56,886 bases of DNA from an uncultured Bacteroidota bacterium (lineage in GTDB: Bacteria > Bacteroidota > Bacteroidia > Chitinophagales > Chitinophagaceae): positions 1 through 56,886 of the forward strand of contig CAIWXG010000365.1 in the NCBI GenBank assembly GCA_903916555.1, in the 5' to 3' direction. Positions within the stretch are counted from its first letter, which is position 1. Each line of letters opens with the position of its first letter. Of this stretch, positions 17,360-27,041 are shown piece after piece. The notes under the pieces are model-generated. The model made no database searches, had not been told where the DNA came from, and worked only from the letters and a program-made list of their open reading frames with translations. The position numbers and the translations under genes were made by a program.

Positions 17360-18562
17360 TTATTTTTTCTTTTCTTCCCTATGCCCTTGTGCCGGTTGTT
17401 GGTGTTGTGGTGCCGGTTGGCTACGCTGTTGTGGTTGACGCTGCGGCATTGGCTGTTGTTGATGTTGTTGCGGCATTGGCTGTGGTTGTTGACGTTGTGG
17501 TGGCTCCGGTTGACGCTGCGGCTGCGGCTGCTGGCGTTGTGGCGGTTCCGGCTGACGTTGCTGCTGCGGCATTGGTTGTTGCTGATGCTGCTGTGGCACT
17601 GGTTGTTGTTGATGTTGCTGCGGTTCCGGCTGACGCTGCTGCTGTGGCATTGGTTGTTGCTGATGCTGTTGAGGAGCAGGTTGTTGCGGATTGTTGTTTT
17701 GACCGCTTGGTCTTGGATTTTCTTGATGGAAAGCAGGTACATTAGTATTTCCATGAGACTCTGGTCTGCCAATTGCATGAGGTGCCTGAATTACATTTGC
17801 AGGACGAGCATTTCCATTATTTTGTTGTACGTTGGGACGATAAATATTTACATTTCTATTATTTACCTCAGTAACACCCGGACGGTTACTACTTGAAGTG
17901 CGAAATACCTGTATCGGTTGATGTGTAGTGCGTTCTATAACTTCTGCTCTTGGGCCGTAATTATAATATACATGACCTCCTTCGTATTCATTATAATTAT
18001 TCATAAAAGAAGTTCTGCGTATGTAGAAAGAATTACGTCCGTACCCTTCATAATAATCATGCCAACGCTCATGGTATAGATAATTTGGAGCTAAAAATAC
18101 CCACCAATTTTCAGGACAATTATAATAACCGTTTACATCATAGTCCGGTCCTAATGGAGCCCATCCTGCGTAACCGTTGCCATAACGCCAGCTAACCCAA
18201 GCAGGTGCCCATTGATAACCGGGTATCCAAACCCAGCCATAATAGTTGTTATAAGTCCAACGTCCATAGTGGTAACAAGCCCATCCCCATGGGTCGTCAG
18301 ATACCCAAGTATTACCGTATTCAGTCATTAACCAATGACCTCTGGTAAAATAGGGTCTGAAGTTAGGGTCGGAATCTTCATAAGGAACAAATACATTTCC
18401 CCATCTTGAATCATAAACCCATTGTCCGTAAGGGGCAAGATTGTCATAAAAGTTCTGATAAGAAACAGTTACATCTTGTGCATAAGTTTTGTTTACTTTA
18501 CATACTAAAAGTAAAATACCTAAAAAAGGGACACAAATCAACCAATTGAAATTCTTTTTCAT
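17360..18562 (-). CDS. Secreted protein with a W/Y/G-rich DUF6600-like domain and a Gln/Pro-rich repetitive C-terminal tail
   Basis: Signal peptide. DPWGWACYHYGRWTYNNYYGWVWIPGYQWAPAWVSWRYGNGYAGWAPLGP matches the WGW..HYGRW..APAWVSWR pattern I associate with DUF6600 (name from memory). The last roughly 108 aa are Q/P repeats. Confidence 0.8.
   Translation of the reverse strand: MKKNFNWLICVPFLGILLLVCKVNKTYAQDVTVSYQNFYDNLAPYGQWVYDSRWGNVFVPYEDSDPNFRPYFTRGHWLMTEYGNTWVSDDPWGWACYHYGRWTYNNYYGWVWIPGYQWAPAWVSWRYGNGYAGWAPLGPDYDVNGYYNCPENWWVFLAPNYLYHERWHDYYEGYGRNSFYIRRTSFMNNYNEYEGGHVYYNYGPRAEVIERTTHQPIQVFRTSSSNRPGVTEVNNRNVNIYRPNVQQNNGNARPANVIQAPHAIGRPESHGNTNVPAFHQENPRPSGQNNNPQQPAPQQHQQQPMPQQQRQPEPQQHQQQPVPQQHQQQPMPQQQRQPEPPQRQQPQPQRQPEPPQRQQPQPMPQQHQQQPMPQRQPQQRSQPAPQHQQPAQGHREEKKK
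17363..17690 (-). repeat. Imperfect tandem coding repeat (about 51-nt unit encoding QQHQQQPMPQQQRQPEP variants)
   Basis: The protein tail reads PQQHQQQPMPQQQRQPEPQQHQQQPVPQQHQQQPMPQQQRQPEPPQRQQPQPQRQPEPPQRQQPQPMPQQHQQQPMPQRQPQQ. The DNA is a locally GC-rich CAG/CAA/CCG patch. Confidence 0.8.
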
Positions 18563-18749
18563 TTCTTTAGTTTTTTATTGTTTAAAAAAAATCTTTACAT
18601 TAAAGTGTATATCTAATATCAGACCAAAATAAACTAATGCAATGTTAATGTCGTATTTTGTTCTAAAAAAGAAAGCTATATATTCTATTCAGATAAGAGG
18701 AATAGAGATACTTACTTTAATTTAGTAACAAACAAAGAAGCTCTTTTTT

Positions 18750-18797
18750 TAAAAAAAATGTACCTATATTATACTTAAAAAGCAGCATATAGGTACA
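18750..18797 (-). terminator. Rho-independent terminator of sucD
   Basis: 11-bp stem TGTACCTATAT (18759-18769) / ATATAGGTACA (18787-18797), followed on the minus strand by T8 (A-run 18751-18758 on plus). Confidence 0.7.
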
Positions 18798-18808
18798 ATA
18801 ATTTTATA

Positions 18809-19696
18809 CTAAGCTAATACTTGAGCTTTTTGTAATACTTCAGCCATTGTTTTACCAATATTTGCAGGGCTATCTACCACATAAATGCCACATTCACGCA
18901 TTGTTTTCATTTTTGCAGCAGCAGTATCGTCTGCACCACCAATAATTGCACCTGCATGACCCATTCTACGACCTGCAGGGGCTGTTTGACCGGCAATAAA
19001 TCCAACTACAGGTTTACGCATATTATGTTTTAACCAATTAGCAGCTTCTGCCTCCATATTACCGCCTATCTCCCCTATCATTATAATACCATCAGTTTCA
19101 GGGTCATTCATTAATAATTCTACTGCTTCTTTAGTAGTAGTACCAATAATTGGGTCGCCACCTATACCTATAGCTGTAGAAATACCCATACCTGCTTTAA
19201 CGGTTTGGTCAGCAGCTTCATAAGTTAATGTTCCTGATTTAGAAACAATACCTATTCTACCCGGAACAAATACAAAACCCGGCATAATACCAACCTTAGC
19301 TTCTCCGGCAGTAATTACACCCGGGCAGTTAGGACCTATTAATCTGCAATCTTTTCCTTTTATATATTCACGAGCTTTTACCATGTCTTGCACAGGTATA
19401 CCTTCGGTAATACAAATAATAACTTTTATACCTGCATCGGCAGCTTCCATAATGGCATCGGCAGCAAAAGCCGGTGGAACAAAGATTATGGATGTATCAG
19501 CTTCTGCTTGGTCAACTGCATCTTTAACTGTATTAAAAACGGGTAAATCAAGATGTGTAGTACCACCTTTTGCCGGTGTTACACCACCTACAACATTAGT
19601 ACCGTATTCTATCATTTGTGAGGCATGAAAAGTACCTTCCGTACCTGTAAAGCCTTGTACTATTACTTTTGAATGTTTATTTACTAATACCGACAT
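18809..19696 (-). CDS. sucD: Succinate--CoA ligase (ADP-forming) subunit alpha
   Basis: [55 protein letters not shown] and the phospho-His block MGHAGAII. Confidence 0.97.
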   Translation of the reverse strand: MSVLVNKHSKVIVQGFTGTEGTFHASQMIEYGTNVVGGVTPAKGGTTHLDLPVFNTVKDAVDQAEADTSIIFVPPAFAADAIMEAADAGIKVIICITEGIPVQDMVKAREYIKGKDCRLIGPNCPGVITAGEAKVGIMPGFVFVPGRIGIVSKSGTLTYEAADQTVKAGMGISTAIGIGGDPIIGTTTKEAVELLMNDPETDGIIMIGEIGGNMEAEAANWLKHNMRKPVVGFIAGQTAPAGRRMGHAGAIIGGADDTAAAKMKTMRECGIYVVDSPANIGKTMAEVLQKAQVLA

Positions 19697-19989
19697 GAGC
19701 TAAGATTTTATGAAATTGACTACAAAATTAATCTTTATAGACAGAAATGCAAATTATTAAAATTATTATTTAATAACAATTGTCGTTTATCTATACTCGC
19801 TAAGGTTTATAAGAAAATGATTAATAAATTGGTGCTGCCATAAATATTCTTTTTTAAGGACAAATAGGCAGGAAATGAAATTATTAATATCGTAAAAATT
19901 AGTATAATTGAAAAAATAATGAAATATGCTGTTGGTTATGAACTAAATTATAAAACTATCAACCTCTTCTAAATAGTAAAAGAAAATAC

Positions 19990-20220
19990 CTATAACCATT
20001 TAAGTGGATTCCTTTTTTGTAACAATACATACCTTTTTAAATTCATAAAAAAGGCTAGTATCATATATAGAATGATTGGAGAACCTAATGTTAGAAATGA
20101 AATATAAATAAACCATAAACGAATACTTGAGGTAGCTAAACCCAATTTTTCACCAATTGAAGAACAAACTCCAAAAGCCTTCCATTCAATAAAACCTTTT
20201 ATGTTATTCAATATTCGCAT
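19990..20220 (-). CDS. PspC-domain membrane protein
   Basis: 76 aa; FGVCSSIGEKLGLATSSIRLWFIYISFLTLGSPIILYMILAFFM fits the PspC domain pattern (GVcgGla...vRl.f..........ilYlil). Confidence 0.7.
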   Translation of the reverse strand: MRILNNIKGFIEWKAFGVCSSIGEKLGLATSSIRLWFIYISFLTLGSPIILYMILAFFMNLKRYVLLQKRNPLKWL

Positions 20221-20352
20221 ATAAAACAGCTATTAAAAACTATATACATAATAGTTTCAAAACTACAAATTTAAATCATTTCAATTACAATTACGTTAAA
20301 GTGTATCACAAAGCACAAAATAAATGTTAAAATATACTTTTGGGCATGTTTA

Positions 20353-20366
20353 ATGACAACGATCAT
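20353..20366. promoter_or_regulatory. Candidate Crp/Fnr-family operator (ATGAC-AACG-ATCAT)
   Basis: TGA-N6-TCA core with 5-4-5 geometry, 58 nt upstream of the 20425 ATG. It has the same form as the sites at 40631, 47324 and 47346. A TAgtTTTG -7-like box lies at 20412-20419. Confidence 0.35.
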
Positions 20367-20424
20367 TTGAAAATATAAAAATTGATTTTTTTGTACCTTC
20401 ATAAAAGACAGTAGTTTTGCCTTA

Positions 20425-21051
20425 ATGAAACAAGAAAATAAATTCAGCAATATAGTGGAAATGATTGTGCTGTCTGATATTATGCACTCGAAATGGTTGA
20501 ATAGTCTTTCTATGATGGAAAACAGCGGGGCAAGAAAAATATCTAAATATGAGCATCCGGTACATACAAATTTAATAGAACTTAAACATGCTGCCGAAGA
20601 AGCAAGACATGCTTATTATTTAAAAAAACAAATTGGCAAATTTAAAGGTGCTAATTGTCCCGATTACTCTTTTCCTTTTTTATTAGCTCCTATAGAAAGC
20701 CATCATTACCTTAATAGGTTAGATATTGAAGCTTGTCGCTATCTTAAAAATAAACTGAGCCTTGAGGGAAGAGCATTAAAACACGGTGCTTACCTATTAG
20801 TTACCTATTCTATTGAAGTACGTGCTGATATGCTTTATGGTGTATATCAAAAAGCACTTACAAAACATGGCTCTAAAGTTAATGTGAAGTCAATAATAGC
20901 AGAAGAAGAAGGTCATTTGGCAGAGATGCAAAAAATGTTGATTGCTTTTCATCCCGAATGGCAGCAATTAGCAAATGATATGTGCAAAGTAGAAAATGAA
21001 CTTTTTGAAAACTGGATAAATGCTATTGAAAGCAAAGAGTTCGGCAATTAA
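20425..21051 (+). CDS. Ferritin-like diiron-carboxylate protein of unknown function
   Basis: Four-helix ligand pattern E / ExxH / E / ExxH: LSMMENSGARK, AAEEARHAYY, YSIEVRAD, AEEEGHLAEM. I did not recognise a closer family. Confidence 0.6.
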   Translation: MKQENKFSNIVEMIVLSDIMHSKWLNSLSMMENSGARKISKYEHPVHTNLIELKHAAEEARHAYYLKKQIGKFKGANCPDYSFPFLLAPIESHHYLNRLDIEACRYLKNKLSLEGRALKHGAYLLVTYSIEVRADMLYGVYQKALTKHGSKVNVKSIIAEEEGHLAEMQKMLIAFHPEWQQLANDMCKVENELFENWINAIESKEFGN

Positions 21052-22616
21052 TTCTTGCCCTTTTCGTAAGTATCTACTTTATCTTTTGTAACAACTGAAA
21101 TTTTATGAGTAGATACTGCAGGGCAAGGGCCATCACCCAAAGAATAACTAATTGTTGCTTCGCCCTCAGTTAAGCCAAATACGACACCGGTGCTAGATAT
21201 TGCTGCGGCATCACTATTACTACTCCAAATACCACCGGGTGTATTATTTTGTAATGTAACAGATTTCCCTAATTTAACTCCCCAAGGTCCTGATATTACC
21301 CCAGCTTGTGTTTTCGGGAAGAATGTTAGCGTTTTTTGCGTACTTGCTGCACATAATCCGTCTTTAACAGTATATACAACAGTATCTATACCAGGTCTTA
21401 AACCTACTACTTTACCGGTACCTGTTACTGCAGCAATTTCATTTGTAGTACTCCAAATTCCGCCTGGTTCCGTATTACTTAATGTAACTGCAGTACCAAT
21501 GCATAAATCGGTTGCAGGTGCTTTTATAACACCCGCATAAGGTCGTCTTTTTACTTTAATTAATTTAGTTTTAAAATCTGTACCACAGGCATTTGTCATT
21601 ATATAATATACAGTGGTATTACCTTCGTCTATACCGGTTAGCTCTCCATTTTCGGTAATAGTTGCAATATCTGTATTTGTACTGCTCCATTTACCCCCTT
21701 GTGCTGCATCTGTTAGCATAATAGCAGAACCTACACAAACGTTTTCCAAACCATTAATATGCTCTGCTACAGGTGTACCATTTATTGTAATCGTTTTAGA
21801 TACCTCTTCTGAGCCTAATTTATAAATTATTCTGGTAGTTCCTTCATTTTTTGGAGTTATTGTACCTGTGGTTGCATTTATTGTTGCAACATTTGTATTA
21901 CTACTACGCCATATTCCACCTTCTTTAGTGCTTGCCAAAGTAGTAGTTTTATCAAGACATATTTGAGTATTGCCTGTTATTTGGGCTGGTGGTTCGGGCT
22001 TAGGTTGTTCTGCACCTTCCGGAATTAGCACACTTATTTTATTCCATTTATCACCTTTTACCGTTTTATCTCCATTTATGGCAAGTAATACACCAAATAA
22101 TTTTATAGAACCCGAACCTGCATCGGGAGCCAACCAAGGTATAGACTCCTCATAAATTGTACCTTGTTCTCCTTCTCCGTTCGTTGCCGGTATTTGAATG
22201 TTATGTTCTATTATATGAAAAGACTTAACGTTTGTATTTTGGCAAAACTCAGGCAAACCGCTTGCTGCTAATGTACCGCCATTTACAGCAGCATTTGAGC
22301 CTGAACCGGCAGCAAAAACAGACGTTAATCTAAAACCGAATTTTGGCAATGTATAGGTTGTATTGTTTACCCCTTTAATTTTAATTGTATAAGCCTTGCC
22401 ACCTACGTAGCTGCTAACAGGTTGCCCGTCTGTAAACAGTTGCATTGTTAAATTTAAGTCTGCCGACGCCGTAGTGCTGTGGCAACTGCAACCACCTGCA
22501 CCTTTAGCCCCTGTGCCATCAGAATCTAAAAGTGCTTTACCACCCTTACTGTAGCTTGATGAAATAATATATATAATACAGAAAAATAGTGGTAAAAATA
22601 GTTTTTTCTTGTTCAT
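21048..22616 (-). CDS. Secreted protein: unknown N-terminal domain plus four Big_2-like (bacterial Ig-like) repeats
   Basis: Signal peptide. Four repeats of the form GGIWSSSNT.(V/I)A(T/A)I...G.(V/I)TG...G.T.(I/V).Y. No T9SS tail. Confidence 0.75.
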   Translation of the reverse strand: MNKKKLFLPLFFCIIYIISSSYSKGGKALLDSDGTGAKGAGGCSCHSTTASADLNLTMQLFTDGQPVSSYVGGKAYTIKIKGVNNTTYTLPKFGFRLTSVFAAGSGSNAAVNGGTLAASGLPEFCQNTNVKSFHIIEHNIQIPATNGEGEQGTIYEESIPWLAPDAGSGSIKLFGVLLAINGDKTVKGDKWNKISVLIPEGAEQPKPEPPAQITGNTQICLDKTTTLASTKEGGIWRSSNTNVATINATTGTITPKNEGTTRIIYKLGSEEVSKTITINGTPVAEHINGLENVCVGSAIMLTDAAQGGKWSSTNTDIATITENGELTGIDEGNTTVYYIMTNACGTDFKTKLIKVKRRPYAGVIKAPATDLCIGTAVTLSNTEPGGIWSTTNEIAAVTGTGKVVGLRPGIDTVVYTVKDGLCAASTQKTLTFFPKTQAGVISGPWGVKLGKSVTLQNNTPGGIWSSNSDAAAISSTGVVFGLTEGEATISYSLGDGPCPAVSTHKISVVTKDKVDTYEKGKN

Positions 22617-22886
22617 AATATTAATATATACTCTGTCTTTTTTATATTGACTTAAAGGGCAACAAAATTAATGAAATATTGTAAAGAAAATAAAAAAATA
22701 TCTACTATTTTACAAAAAATAAGAAATACTTACATAATGAAATAGATTTAACGCTACAGTATGTCTATCAAGCAATTTCACATGTATAATAAATTCCGCA
22801 GGTTTTTTATTAAAAACAGCGAGCGATATCTACAAGTGATTTTGTTATTGACAGGAAAGAGAAAGAAGAAGCGATATGTCTATCAA

Positions 22887-25800
22887 CTATTCTTTAATCA
22901 ATTTCTCCACTTTTATTTTCTGATTATCTTCATTGTAAATGGAAATTACATATAGTCCTTTTGATAAGGAGCTAATATTTATTTCATCAGTATCTGTATT
23001 GCCAATTAAAGTCTTTCCATCAATAGCAGTAATTATTGTATAATATTTTACCGGACAGCTAATATGTATTGTATTTGTCGCAGGATTAGGATAAATACTA
23101 ATATCAGAACTATTAATAGTATTATTTACAGATAGATTATATAATAAATAGGCAGTAGAATAAGCTTCGCAGCCATTTGTATCTGTTACTTTTACTCTAT
23201 AACTGCCATTAATGCCCGGTACTACATTGTTTGTAGTTGCACCCGGTATGCTTATTGCATTATTATACCATTGGTAGCTTACATAATAGTTTTCGGTATA
23301 AAAAGTATGCCCGTTCCAATAAACCATTGGGTGCAATGGCGGGTAAACAATTACATTCATAACCGGTGTTGTAGTGGTACAGCTACCCGGAATACTTACA
23401 ACGCAGGTAAAATTACCACCCATACTGGTTACGTAAGTACTGTTTGTTGCACCAGTAATAGCTACACCGTTAAGCATCCATTGGAAATTTAAACCGGTTG
23501 TAGAACCACCAACATCAACTTTTAATAATAAAGAATAACCGGAGCATAATTTGGTATCGCCCACAGCAACAATAATAGGAGAAGAAATAATTGTAACATT
23601 TGTGGTTGCAGATGTTGCAGTGCAGCCACTACTACTAATTACCGTAACATTATAAAGCCCACTGGCTATTGCTATATAAGAATTGGTAATAGCACCTGTA
23701 ATAACAGCCCCGTTAAAGAACCATTGGTAAGTAGTACCGCCAACAGTAGGTACACTTAATGTTACAGTGCCACCCGGACAAAGTATTGTAGAACCTGATG
23801 TAGAAATTACTGTATTAGGCAAGGGATTAACTACAACAGTAGTGCTACTTGATGTATTACTGCAACCGAAACTATTCGTTTCCGTAATATTATAATTACC
23901 GCTAGTTACTGCCCCGTAAGTAGCATTTGTAGCGCCAGCAATTAAGGTAGTACCATTATACCATTGATAAGAACTTGCAGTACTTGCTGTTAGATTTACA
24001 AAACCACCTGCACAAAATGTCAATGTACCTGAAGCCGTTACTGTAATAGTTGGTATCGGATTTACGGTTACCGTGATTCCGGTAGTGGTAGTAGAACTGC
24101 AACCTGCTAAATTTATTATTCTAACTGTATAAGTACCGGGAACTGTTGCCGTATAACTTGGGGAATTTGCACCAGGTATAGCAAAACCGGTATTATACCA
24201 TTGATACGTAAACCCTGCACCCGGTGTGCAGCTTAAAACTACACTTGAGCCACTACAAAAGGTTGTTGGACCTGTTGCTGTAATAACAGATGATGGTATA
24301 GGTATTACTGTAACAAGTGTAGAAACAGATGTAGCTGTGCAACCGAAACTATTGCTTAAAATAACCTTATAATTACCATTTGTTGTGGCTGTGTAAGAAA
24401 CATTGGTAGCACCAATAATTAAGGTTACTCCGATATACCACTGGTAGGTATAGCCTGCACCTGCACTTGTAGTAAAAGTAACACTATTGCCAGCACAAAA
24501 TGTAGTTACTCCCGAAGCTGTTATTGTTGCAGTAGGTAAAGGGTTTACTGTTACCGTTGTTGCTAAAGAAGTATCGGTGCAACCACCTGTACCTGTAATA
24601 ACTACTACATAATTGCCTGTAGTTGTTGCAGTATAAGATGCAGTTGCTGCACCTATAATGACAATACCACTATTTAACCATACATAAGAATACCCTGCAC
24701 CTGCTGTTGCATTAAGTACTACACTACCACCTGAGCAAAATGTTGTTGCACCTGCCGGTGTTATTACCGCTATCGGTACGGCGTTTACTGTTACAGTAGT
24801 AATAGAAGACGTGGCACTACAACCAAAAGTATTAGTAACTATAACTTTGTAATTGCCTGAAACCAATGCACTATAAGAATTATTAGTTGCTCCGGTAATA
24901 GCAGTTACCCCATTATACCACTGATAAGAATAACCGAATCCGCCGATTGTTGACAATACTACACTGTCGCCTGAACAAAATGTAATAGCACCTGATGTGG
25001 TTACAATTGTTGAAGGCAGAGGATTGACTGTTACACTGATACCTGTAGAAGTATCTGTGCAGCCACTAGCACTTGTAACAACAATATTATAATTACCGGT
25101 TGTAGTAGCAGTATAAGAAGATGAAACAGCCCCACTTATTACAACACCGCTATTAAACCATTGATAAGTATATCCTGCACCTGTTGTTGCATTAAGCACT
25201 ACACTACTGCCTGTACAAAAAGTTGTAGGCCCGGCAGCAGTAATGCTTGCTGTTGGTAATGCACTAACTGTTACTGTATAAGTAATAGAAGTGGCACTGC
25301 AACCTGCACCTGATGTAACTATTACTTTATAATTGCCGGTTGTTGTAGCAGTATAAGAAATAGTTGTAGCACCGGCTATTGCTGTTACACCACGATACCA
25401 TTGAAAACTGTAACCTGCACCGCTTGTAGCAGTTAATGTAACGCTGCCGCCTGCACAAAATGTTAAAGAGCTTGATAATGATATGGTAGTTGTAGGTAAT
25501 GGATTCACAGTAACAATAACGCCCGTAGAAGTATCGGTGCAACCGCTAGTATTAGTAATAACTACTTGATAAGTGCCACTTGTTGTTGCTGTATATGAAG
25601 AGGTAGCAGCACCAGTAATTAATGTACCGCTATTAAACCATTGAAACGTATAGCCGGCACCTGTTGTAGCATGTAAAACAACACTGCCGCCTGCACAAAA
25701 TGTGGTTGGACCGGCAGGGGTAATTACTGCTGTAGGTAGCGGATTAACGGTTACTACTGTTGATGTAGATGTAGCTGAGCAACCAAAACTACTTGTTACC

Positions 25801-26774
25801 AAAACAGAATAAGTTCCGTTTGTAGTTGTTGTATAAGAAATATTCGTTGCACCGGCAATTGCAGAAGCACCATTATACCACTGATAACTATAACCACTGC
25901 CTGCTGTAGCTGTAAGGGTTACGCTGTCGCCGGCACAAAAGGTTATAGAGCCGGAAGCTGTAACCGTTGTAACAGGTAATGGATTTACAATTACAGAATC
26001 TATTGCTCTTGAAGAGCAACCTAAAGAAGTTGTACCAGTAACCGTATATATTGTTGTGCTGCCGGGTGTTGCTGTAACTGTTGCTCCTGTTGTTGCAGAA
26101 AGCCCTGTTGCCGGCAACCAAGTATAAGTACCACCCGTGCCAGCTCCTGTAGCTGTTAATGACACGCCGCTACCACCACTGCAAAAACTTGTGGGTGAGG
26201 GGCTGGCAGTTATTGTGGGTGTAGTACAGGTAACATTGATGTAATATTCACATGCTTCGCCATAATTACCGGTACAAGGTTGCCCGCTTGATAACTCAGA
26301 TATAAAGACACGCGTATGTAAATTAACACCTGTTACAACACCGGTTGTAGGTATGGTGAAATTATAGGTAGTTGCCGTTACATGCGAGCCCAATGTAATC
26401 ATGGTACCTGCTAACTCTCCCGGAGAGTAAATACCATCATTGTTCCAATCTACATATACAGTAAGGTAAGCAGTATAGGTACAATATACTCTGTTTATAC
26501 TCATGTTAACTGTAGTGCCTGCGGGTGCAGTAATACCTTGGGTAGCAAAATAATTAAAGTAAGAACCCGAGCAAGATGAACCTGAGTATGCTATTGTTGA
26601 GCTTACAGAAGTACCTGATGCAGTTATTGAAGTATAATATTCGGCAGTACAGCCGGAAGAAAAAGTGGGTGCTGCGGTGGTGGCACATGTTGCAGTTGCT
26701 TTATCTATTGTAGCTAAGAAAAGTAAAGTTACAATTAACGGTAAAAATTTTGTAGAAATAGAATTGTTTTTCAT
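22887..26774 (-). CDS. Giant T9SS-secreted adhesin-like protein: GEVED-like N-terminal domain, about 13 tandem Ig-like repeats, Por secretion tail
   Basis: Signal peptide. CTGNYGEACEYYINV (GEVED-type motif). Repeats of about 76-80 aa of form TFC.G.SV.L.A..G.GY.YQW(Y/F)..G..I.GAT..SY.A...G.Y.V.V....GC...S....V.VNPLP. C-terminus ISIYPNPATNTIHIS...GLYVISIYN. Confidence 0.9.
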   Translation of the reverse strand: MKNNSISTKFLPLIVTLLFLATIDKATATCATTAAPTFSSGCTAEYYTSITASGTSVSSTIAYSGSSCSGSYFNYFATQGITAPAGTTVNMSINRVYCTYTAYLTVYVDWNNDGIYSPGELAGTMITLGSHVTATTYNFTIPTTGVVTGVNLHTRVFISELSSGQPCTGNYGEACEYYINVTCTTPTITASPSPTSFCSGGSGVSLTATGAGTGGTYTWLPATGLSATTGATVTATPGSTTIYTVTGTTSLGCSSRAIDSVIVNPLPVTTVTASGSITFCAGDSVTLTATAGSGYSYQWYNGASAIAGATNISYTTTTNGTYSVLVTSSFGCSATSTSTVVTVNPLPTAVITPAGPTTFCAGGSVVLHATTGAGYTFQWFNSGTLITGAATSSYTATTSGTYQVVITNTSGCTDTSTGVIVTVNPLPTTTISLSSSLTFCAGGSVTLTATSGAGYSFQWYRGVTAIAGATTISYTATTTGNYKVIVTSGAGCSATSITYTVTVSALPTASITAAGPTTFCTGSSVVLNATTGAGYTYQWFNSGVVISGAVSSSYTATTTGNYNIVVTSASGCTDTSTGISVTVNPLPSTIVTTSGAITFCSGDSVVLSTIGGFGYSYQWYNGVTAITGATNNSYSALVSGNYKVIVTNTFGCSATSSITTVTVNAVPIAVITPAGATTFCSGGSVVLNATAGAGYSYVWLNSGIVIIGAATASYTATTTGNYVVVITGTGGCTDTSLATTVTVNPLPTATITASGVTTFCAGNSVTFTTSAGAGYTYQWYIGVTLIIGATNVSYTATTNGNYKVILSNSFGCTATSVSTLVTVIPIPSSVITATGPTTFCSGSSVVLSCTPGAGFTYQWYNTGFAIPGANSPSYTATVPGTYTVRIINLAGCSSTTTTGITVTVNPIPTITVTASGTLTFCAGGFVNLTASTASSYQWYNGTTLIAGATNATYGAVTSGNYNITETNSFGCSNTSSSTTVVVNPLPNTVISTSGSTILCPGGTVTLSVPTVGGTTYQWFFNGAVITGAITNSYIAIASGLYNVTVISSSGCTATSATTNVTIISSPIIVAVGDTKLCSGYSLLLKVDVGGSTTGLNFQWMLNGVAITGATNSTYVTSMGGNFTCVVSIPGSCTTTTPVMNVIVYPPLHPMVYWNGHTFYTENYYVSYQWYNNAISIPGATTNNVVPGINGSYRVKVTDTNGCEAYSTAYLLYNLSVNNTINSSDISIYPNPATNTIHISCPVKYYTIITAIDGKTLIGNTDTDEINISSLSKGLYVISIYNEDNQKIKVEKLIKE
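23136..26228 (-). repeat. Tandem coding repeat array (about 230-nt units, about 13 copies) inside the adhesin gene
   Basis: Boundaries are derived from protein aa 183-1213. Repeats 2-8 alternate between two subtypes (see findings). Confidence 0.85.
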
Positions 26775-27041
26775 TATACGAATAATATTAACTCAAATAC
26801 TTATTAAAAAAATAATTGTTGTATTTTTTGTAAAAGTAGGGGTATAATGTTGCTACAAATAACTTTTTAGATTAAGTAATTATTATGTTATTGTTACTAT
26901 GTGATTGATAAGTTTTTATCTATGAAATAAACGTACTATTAGCTGTTTATAAAGATAGAATTGTTACATTTAGCAAAAAAAGAAATTAAAAATTACATAA
27001 TATTTAGGTTTTACCTATCTTAATTCTGCAAATCCAAACAT

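Noticed and set aside
17293-17896. Three long ORFs (161, 171 and 118 aa) overlapping the 3-prime end of the 17360..18562 gene on both strands
   Set aside because: They lie entirely in the CAG/CCG-type tandem repeat. Their translations are low-complexity (L/W/R-rich, A/V-rich or N/S/R-rich) with no signal or domain features. The 400-aa frame has a coherent signal peptide and globular domain.
21048-21051. Convergent genes whose stop codons overlap in TTAA
   Set aside because: This is a real but trivial arrangement with no terminator structure or functional implication I can support.
22479-22490. GGCSCHS near the N-terminus of the Big_2 protein read as a haem motif
   Set aside because: CXCH is not a recognised haem c attachment spacing, and no other haem-like motifs are present.
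23271-26847. Small ORFs inside or antisense to the adhesin gene (23271..23492, 25327..25542, 25888..26121, 26665..26847)
   Set aside because: They sit within a 3.9-kb continuous ORF with clear domain repeats. Their translations are repeat-driven, Y/N/C/R-rich nonsense.
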